Shown here: piece by piece, positions 1 through 5,169 of the stretch
Numbering within the stretch: position 1 is the first letter of the stretch
How the letters are laid out: each line of letters opens with the position of its first letter
Origin: a virus
Taxonomy: Duplodnaviria; Caudoviricetes
Virus record (IMG/VR): IMGVR_UViG_3300005332_000010
Span: 1 to 26,367 of that record
DNA length: 26,367 nt
Reading direction: 5' to 3' (one strand)
Translations under genes and position numbers: made by a program
Notes under the pieces: generated by a model
What the model saw: only the letters and a program-made list of their open reading frames with translations
What the model was told of the DNA's origin: nothing
The model's database searches: none

Positions 1-152
1 GGGAGTGAGCCCAGCCGCGGAGACCAGCCGCGCGGAAACAGCCCAGCAGCCGCACATGGCGAGTGCGCGCGGATTCGAGCTAACCCGTGCGCTATCAGCT
101 AGTTCGCGGCGATCCGCTCGCCAGCTGGAATGGCTGAGCCGGCTCAGGCCGA

Positions 153-181
153 GGTAAACATAATCCCCTATTATCGGACGC
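153..181 (-). other. dif/cer-like XerCD recombination site
   Basis: Minus strand reads GCGTCCGATAA-TAGGGGA-TTATGTTTACC: two 11-bp arms with the ATAA/TTAT core. The right arm matches the E. coli XerD arm TTATGTTAAAT at 8/11. The central region is 7 bp. Confidence 0.7.
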
Positions 182-318
182 AGTTTAGCTAAGTCACGCG
201 CTGTCAGCAATTTGCGGCTGGCGCGGTTTTCGGGAAAGGCAGACTCTGCGCCGTTTCAGCCCACGAACCCGCCGATCCGCCGTTCCCGCGCCTTGCCCGC
301 GTTCCGCTCCGGCACACG

Positions 319-363
319 TGGCGCAGCTGGGCGCGCCGCTGGCGCAGCTGGCGCAGCTGGGCG
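319..363. repeat. Short direct repeats TGGCGCAGC x3
   Basis: Copies at 319-327, 340-348 and 349-357. The longer TGGCGCAGCTGGGCG occurs at 319-333 and 349-363. Confidence 0.75.
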
Positions 364-435
364 GGCGGTTGGCGTGTGGTGCGTGCATTGTCCGCGCGGC
401 CGGCGGCCGGTGGGGCCCCTGCTCATGCACCCGGA

Positions 436-486
436 CTCAGCACAAATTTTTCAGGTGGCGCAAATCTTCTCAGCACAAATTTTCAG
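436..486. repeat. AT-rich direct repeats GC(A/G)CAAAT..T.CAG x3
   Basis: CTCAGCACAAATTTTTCAG (436-454), GCGCAAATCTTCTCAG (458-473) and CTCAGCACAAATTTTCAG (469-486), in an otherwise GC-rich region. Confidence 0.8.
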
Positions 487-533
487 CGCTCCTCGCTCGG
501 TGACTCCCGGTCACTCGTGTTACGCTGCGCCGC

Positions 534-746
534 ATGCCCACTCCGCCCACCCGGCTCGATCCGCCCTTCGACGCGATCGATCATCGCCGCCTGGCGCGGC
601 ACCAGGAGCTGTTGAAGATCTGGCAGGGGCTGAGCGCCGAGGAGCTGCTCGCCGATCTGCAGGTGCTGACGCAGTTCGTGGCGTTCAAGCATCGGCAGGA
701 AGTGTTGACGGCGCGAGCGGCGCGGAAAGCGGAGAGCGGATCATGA
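534..746 (+). CDS. Hypothetical protein (70 aa)
   Basis: GC3-rich codons, helical composition, ATGA overlap with the next gene. Confidence 0.7.
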   Translation: MPTPPTRLDPPFDAIDHRRLARHQELLKIWQGLSAEELLADLQVLTQFVAFKHRQEVLTARAARKAESGS

Positions 747-1231
747 GCCACAACGCGACGATCGACGATGATCTCCGTCAGGCGCGGGTGATTCTCGATC
801 GCGGTCGTGCAGAAGTCTCGGCGCTCGACAAGATCCTCGGGCCACTCATCGTTACCTTCGGCGGCGGCATGATCGTCGGCGCCGACATCTACGCGGCGTA
901 CCGGCTGCTAGAGTCGTTCGTCGCCGAGATCGAACGGCTGCAGGCGAGCCTGGTGCCGATCCTGCGTGAGTCCGAGCAGCGCAGCGCGACGCTGCGACAG
1001 CTGCTCAAGCAGGCGGAGGCGCTGGAGGCGCACGCCAAGCAGCTGCAGATCGAGAGTCAGGCGCGAGGACGTGAGATCGAGCGGCTGCGCGCGGTGCTCG
1101 CACGCGTCGAAGCGTTGATCGACGTCGCGCTGCCGCGCTTCAACTGGGGCGCGAGTGCGCTCGACGCCGAAGCGATCCAGTTGCTGAACGAGGTGCCGAT
1201 CGAAGTCAAGCGGGTGCTGCGCGATGGCTGA
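743..1231 (+). CDS. Coiled-coil hypothetical protein (162 aa, MSHNATIDDDL...)
   Basis: 3' part of ORF 212-1231. ATG at 743 overlaps the previous stop, with GGAG upstream. Heptad-rich (EIERLQASL...EIERLRAVL). Confidence 0.8.
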   Translation: MSHNATIDDDLRQARVILDRGRAEVSALDKILGPLIVTFGGGMIVGADIYAAYRLLESFVAEIERLQASLVPILRESEQRSATLRQLLKQAEALEAHAKQLQIESQARGREIERLRAVLARVEALIDVALPRFNWGASALDAEAIQLLNEVPIEVKRVLRDG

Positions 1232-1412
1232 GCGGACGATCACGTTGACGCTGACCTGGCCGGAGTTCTTCGCGCTGCGTTCGCTGGTCGCCGAGCACCT
1301 GCTGTGTCCGCGGCGCAGCGAGGTGTATATCTCGGTCGCGCCGGAGCGGGGCGAGGTGACGCCCGAGCAGCTGCTGGCGAAGCTGCTCGACTATCCGCCG
1401 GAGGAGCGCTGA
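1224..1412 (+). CDS. Hypothetical protein (62 aa)
   Basis: Overlaps both neighbours; typical codon usage. Confidence 0.7.
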   Translation: MAERTITLTLTWPEFFALRSLVAEHLLCPRRSEVYISVAPERGEVTPEQLLAKLLDYPPEER

Positions 1413-1648
1413 TGCTGAAGCGCGACGACATGGCGATCGACGCCAAGGGCCACCCGATGCCCTGGACGCCGGAACAGGTGCGCGCGAAGGTGCTGCAGAT
1501 GATCGATGAGGGCGACATCAAGGCCGTGATCATCGAGGATGCGCACGGCGACCTCGGCGTGCAGGTCTTCGGGCCGCCGAGTCGGCAGCTCCTCGATGTC
1601 CTGGAGACGGCGACGCGGGCGTATCGGCGGGTGCTGAAGGGGCACTGA
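1412..1648 (+). CDS. Hypothetical protein (78 aa, MLKRDDMAID...)
   Basis: TGATG coupling at 1410-1414 and a GGAGGAG RBS; 3' part of ORF 1304-1648. Confidence 0.8.
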   Translation: MLKRDDMAIDAKGHPMPWTPEQVRAKVLQMIDEGDIKAVIIEDAHGDLGVQVFGPPSRQLLDVLETATRAYRRVLKGH

Positions 1649-1664
1649 GCGGTGGAGCACGGCC

Positions 1665-1859
1665 ATGACGCAGACCAAGCAGTACGCCGACGACGAGGGC
1701 AGGTTCAGCACAGATCGGCCGACGCTGACCAAGTGCCCCAAGTGCGGCGGCCGCTGCGTCTATCGCCCGTGGGAGTCCAACGACGGCGCCTACGAGGATG
1801 AGCAGTACCGCTGCACCGAGTGCGGCTACCGCTGGTGGGTCGATGGCATCGACAGCTAG
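1665..1859 (+). CDS. Zn-ribbon protein (64 aa)
   Basis: CPKC...CTEC pairs, GGAG RBS. The S-N-D-G-A-Y-E-D...Y-R-C-x-x-C-G-Y-R-W layout resembles TFIIS-type ribbons. Confidence 0.8.
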   Translation: MTQTKQYADDEGRFSTDRPTLTKCPKCGGRCVYRPWESNDGAYEDEQYRCTECGYRWWVDGIDS

Positions 1860-2154
1860 CCCGCCGCCGGTGCACGTGCGCGTCCCGGTGACCTGCGCCA
1901 GCTACCAGCCGGACCACAACGGCGAGTGTCTCGACTGCGACGATCTCGCCGACGCGCACGATCCGGCGACGACTTACTGCGGCGCGTGTGACGGCGAGTC
2001 GCTGTCGCTCGCCTTCTGGCTCGAACACGTCGTGCCGCATCGTATGGGCTGCTGCGCGAAGCTGTATGCGCGGCTGTGCAGCGACTGCGATCAATTCATC
2101 CCGTTCACGATCGACGGCCAACCGCGGACACCTGGAGGAGCGAGCCATGCGTGA
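1843..2154 (+). CDS. Cys/His-rich putative metal-binding protein (103 aa)
   Basis: CLDC, CGAC and CSDC motifs; overlaps both neighbours. Confidence 0.7.
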   Translation: MASTASPPPVHVRVPVTCASYQPDHNGECLDCDDLADAHDPATTYCGACDGESLSLAFWLEHVVPHRMGCCAKLYARLCSDCDQFIPFTIDGQPRTPGGASHA

Positions 2155-2275
2155 CCGTCCGCCGCTCTTCACCTGGGACCGATCGTACGGCTGGCCAGGG
2201 AAGCTGCTGACGGTCCTGATCGACGTGTTGCTGCTGCTGGCGCTACTGGCGCTGCTGGGAGGGAGCGATGCCTGA
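2147..2275 (+). CDS. Small membrane protein (42 aa)
   Basis: GGAGGAG RBS; single hydrophobic helix LLTVLIDVLLLLALLALL. Confidence 0.7.
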   Translation: MRDRPPLFTWDRSYGWPGKLLTVLIDVLLLLALLALLGGSDA

Positions 2276-2504
2276 AGCTGCGCGCTGCGCGTGGGAAGTG
2301 ACCGCGGGCCTCATCCCCGGCCAGGCGATGCCGGAGCACACCCGGCGCTGGGGCCTGACGTCGACCGAGTGGGACAGCGGCCGCGGGGTCGAGAAGTACG
2401 TCGAGCGCGGCGCCCAGGCGCAGGCGTATGCGACCTACCTGCAGTTCCTGTGTGCGCGGGGGCTGGAGGTCAACTGGACGCGGATCGACTTCGTGTGGTT
2501 CTGA
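2268..2504 (+). CDS. Hypothetical protein (78 aa)
   Basis: GGAGGGAG RBS; coupled to neighbours. Confidence 0.75.
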   Translation: MPEAARCAWEVTAGLIPGQAMPEHTRRWGLTSTEWDSGRGVEKYVERGAQAQAYATYLQFLCARGLEVNWTRIDFVWF

Positions 2505-2725
2505 TGCCGAGCCTGACGCCGGAGGATCGTGACGCGCTGCTCGGGCCGCTCGGCACCTGCGCGCGCTGCGGGGGCTCGCGCCTGCGCCACTACTGCCGCA
2601 GCTGCGACATGTTCTTCGAGGTCTGCGACTGCGAGGCGACGCACGACGAGCAGCGGGAGCACGACGGCCACCGGCTCTACGTGTGGACGGCGGCAGGCGT
2701 GCAGGCGATCCCGAACTTCGACTGA
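2504..2725 (+). CDS. Zn-finger protein (73 aa, MPSLTPEDR...)
   Basis: TGATG coupling; CARC, CRSC, CDC and HDGH motifs. Confidence 0.75.
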   Translation: MPSLTPEDRDALLGPLGTCARCGGSRLRHYCRSCDMFFEVCDCEATHDEQREHDGHRLYVWTAAGVQAIPNFD

Positions 2726-2738
2726 GCGGGAGGCACTG

Positions 2739-3173
2739 ATGGTCGAGCGCCACGCCAACCTGTGGACGACGCCCGCCCACTTCCGCGTCATCACCACCAA
2801 CGGCAGCGTCCGCGCCGACGGCTGCGCGGTCCTCGGCCGCGGCTGTGCCCGCGAGGCGGCGATGACCTTCCCGCGGCTGCGGCGGCTGCTCGGGGCGCGG
2901 CTGCAGAGCCACGGCAACCACGTCCACTTCTTCGACGGCGAGTTGCTTGGCTCGCCCTTCGGCCTCTTCACCTTCCCGGTCAAGCACCAGTGGAACGAGC
3001 GGGCGGACCTCGGGCTCATCGCGCAGTCGGTCGACGAGTTCCGGGCGCTGCTCCTCGACAGCGCGACCTACGCGATGCCGCGCCCGGGCTGCGGCAACGG
3101 CGGACTGCTGTGGGCGCAGGTGGGGCCGATCGTCGCCACGCTGCCGGACAACGTCGTCATCGTGCACTTCTGA
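2739..3173 (+). CDS. Macrodomain (ADP-ribose binding/hydrolase) protein, 144 aa
   Basis: GGGAGG RBS. Motifs VITTN, AVLGRGCA, FTFPVKHQW and MPRPGCGNGGLLW are characteristic of DarG/TARG1(Poa1p)-like macrodomains. Confidence 0.88.
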   Translation: MVERHANLWTTPAHFRVITTNGSVRADGCAVLGRGCAREAAMTFPRLRRLLGARLQSHGNHVHFFDGELLGSPFGLFTFPVKHQWNERADLGLIAQSVDEFRALLLDSATYAMPRPGCGNGGLLWAQVGPIVATLPDNVVIVHF

Positions 3174-3189
3174 CTGAAGGAGGTAGACC

Positions 3190-3393
3190 ATGACTGATCC
3201 CGAGACTCCCGACCCCGAGCCGACGCCCGAGCCGACACCCGAGCCCGCGCCGCCGGCCGCCGACCCGCCAGCCGCCGACGCGAAGCCGCCCAAGCCGAAG
3301 TGGTCGACGCCGACGATCACGAGCTACAAGCCGATCGCTGACGCCGAGGGCATCGCGGCGCGGCCGGGCGACGGGCTGAGCAATCTGAGCTAG
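3190..3393 (+). CDS. Small peptide resembling an RRE-dependent RiPP (lasso-type) precursor, 67 aa
   Basis: Strong AAGGAGG RBS; acidic Pro-rich N-terminus; KPKWSTPTI leader-like motif; C-terminal GIAARPGDGLSNLS. Confidence 0.55.
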   Translation: MTDPETPDPEPTPEPTPEPAPPAADPPAADAKPPKPKWSTPTITSYKPIADAEGIAARPGDGLSNLS

Positions 3394-3437
3394 GGGGATC
3401 TAGACACGCCGCTGCCCGCCGTGCTTGTCTGCTGGGC

Positions 3438-3806
3438 GTGCTCGGCCGTCTCACCTCCGCCCTGTATCTGCGCCGCCTCGTCTCTGAGTTGCACCACATC
3501 GGCGAGGCACTCACCGTCCAGAACACGCTGCTCGCGCGTCTGGCCGACCACCTCGCGCCCGTCACGCCGTCGACCTCCCGATCGCAGGTCCAGGCCGAGA
3601 CCGGCGTCAGCTTCCTCGACCCGATCGAGCAGGGGCTCGCGCTCGACTACATCGCCCGCACCCAGCGCGACACCGGCCACGTCCCGGACGATGACGAAGT
3701 CCTGATCTACCTCGCCGACGAGAAGACGACCGATCTCGCCGCCCGCCTCACCGCCCGCGAGCAGGAGATGGAGCGGCTCGCCGACGGGCGGGCGTGGCGG
3801 AGCTGA
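3438..3806 (+). CDS. Hypothetical protein (122 aa)
   Basis: GC3-rich ORF; TGATG coupling to the next gene. Confidence 0.8.
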   Translation: MLGRLTSALYLRRLVSELHHIGEALTVQNTLLARLADHLAPVTPSTSRSQVQAETGVSFLDPIEQGLALDYIARTQRDTGHVPDDDEVLIYLADEKTTDLAARLTAREQEMERLADGRAWRS

Positions 3807-3997
3807 TGGGCGCCAGGCGCGTGGTGGTCGTGGTCCTCGCCCCGCCAGCCCGGGAGACCGATGCGCACGAGGTCGCGCGCTTCCTCCGCCCGCAGCTGCG
3901 CCCCACGGTCCCGCCGCGCACCGTCCCGACGGTCACGACGCTGTTCGCCTATCAGGTCCTCGGCCACCGAGTGATCCGCCCAGGCGGTGGCTGGTGA
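3806..3997 (+). CDS. Hypothetical protein (63 aa)
   Basis: TGATG start; GTGA overlap with the next gene. Confidence 0.6.
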   Translation: MGARRVVVVVLAPPARETDAHEVARFLRPQLRPTVPPRTVPTVTTLFAYQVLGHRVIRPGGGW

Positions 3998-4716
3998 GTG
4001 CTCTTACCCCGCCGCCTGGGGTGCGGCCACCGACACGGCTGACGCCGCGTGAGCAGCAGCTGAATGGCGAAGCGGTCGACGCCTTCGCCGCGCGCGTCGG
4101 CGGCCGGCAGGCGTTCTTCGACGCCCTGAGCCTGGGCGATGGCTCCTCCGAGATGGGGCGCGTCCTCACCTACCTCGAAGACGAGCGCTACACCGGCTGG
4201 AGCCTGCGCAAGATCTGCGCGGCCGTCGGGTTGACCGTCGCCGATCTCCTCCTCGCCTACAAGAAGGCGCTGATGGCGCGGGCGCACGTCGAAGCGGCGG
4301 TGATCGTCGCCGACTCGACGCCGGCCGTGGTCACCGACGTGATGACGCGGGCGACGCCGCAGGTCGTGCCGTGCGGCGGCTGCAATGGGACCGGGCGGCG
4401 ATCGGTCGAGGGGGCGCCGATGACCTGCCCGGCCTGCAAGGGGAAAGGCACGACGCTGACGACGCCGAACCTCGATCGGCAGAAGCTCGCGCTCGAACTC
4501 GCCGGCCTGACGACCAAGGGCGCCGGGGTGGTGGTCAACAACATGAACACGGCGACGGCGGGGGCGACGGCGGCGCACATGCCGGGGACCCTCGAACAGC
4601 TCCAGCAGGCGGTCGGCGAGTTGCTCTTCAGTCCGACGCGGCGGCGTGCTGCAGCGCCAGCCGCGCCTGTGGCCGCGAGCCCGTCGACCGCCCCCTCAGA
4701 ACAGGATGGTGCGTGA
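3994..4716 (+). CDS. Putative terminase small subunit-like protein with HTH-like segment and DnaJ-type Zn finger (240 aa)
   Basis: Upstream of TerL. HTH-like SLRKICAAVGLTVADL; CGGCNGTG and CPACKGKG; TerS-like tail (DRQKLALELAGL...VVVNN). The TerS assignment is positional inference. Confidence 0.55.
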   Translation: MSALTPPPGVRPPTRLTPREQQLNGEAVDAFAARVGGRQAFFDALSLGDGSSEMGRVLTYLEDERYTGWSLRKICAAVGLTVADLLLAYKKALMARAHVEAAVIVADSTPAVVTDVMTRATPQVVPCGGCNGTGRRSVEGAPMTCPACKGKGTTLTTPNLDRQKLALELAGLTTKGAGVVVNNMNTATAGATAAHMPGTLEQLQQAVGELLFSPTRRRAAAPAAPVAASPSTAPSEQDGA

Positions 4717-5156
4717 TGGGCTTCTTCGGCTCGATCGGCAACATGCTCAGCAAGATTCCCGGCGTGCCGAGTCATATCCCCGGCGTGCCGACCCCGCCCG
4801 GGATGGGGAAGCCGGCGGGCCCGGCGGGTCCGGCCGCCGCCGCGCCGCTGGCGGCTCCGGCTCCGACACCAGGCCCGACGCCCGGGATGGCCGGCGGGGA
4901 GTTCCAGATGCCCGCCTCGGCGATGGCGAACCTGCGCACCCTGGCCAACCCGGCGACGCCCGAACTCGCGGGCGGCCCGGCCGACGTCGCCAACCCGGTC
5001 GGGCTCACCGCGGACGCCAGCGGTCCCGGGGCGCCGGTTGGCCTGGCGGCGCCGATGCCGATGACGACGCCCAGTCCGCTCGGGGCGCCGCGGGCGATGG
5101 CGCGGCCGCGCGGCTTCGGCGGTGGCGGAGGGGTGCGGAAATTCTCGCGCCGCTGA
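4716..5156 (+). CDS. Pro/Ala/Gly-rich low-complexity protein (146 aa, MGFFGSIGNMLSK...)
   Basis: TGATG coupling at 4714-4718; fills the gap up to TerL; basic C-terminus. Confidence 0.7.
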   Translation: MGFFGSIGNMLSKIPGVPSHIPGVPTPPGMGKPAGPAGPAAAAPLAAPAPTPGPTPGMAGGEFQMPASAMANLRTLANPATPELAGGPADVANPVGLTADASGPGAPVGLAAPMPMTTPSPLGAPRAMARPRGFGGGGGVRKFSRR

Positions 5157-5169
5157 CCGTGAGGCTCGG

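Noticed and set aside
319-486. Mini CRISPR array
   Set aside because: Repeats are too short, nearly adjacent and lack unique spacers of about 30 nt; no cas genes.
212-742. N-terminal extension of ORF 212-1231 (339 aa)
   Set aside because: It crosses the repeat region and overlaps gene 534-746. The start at 743 has an RBS and ATGA coupling.
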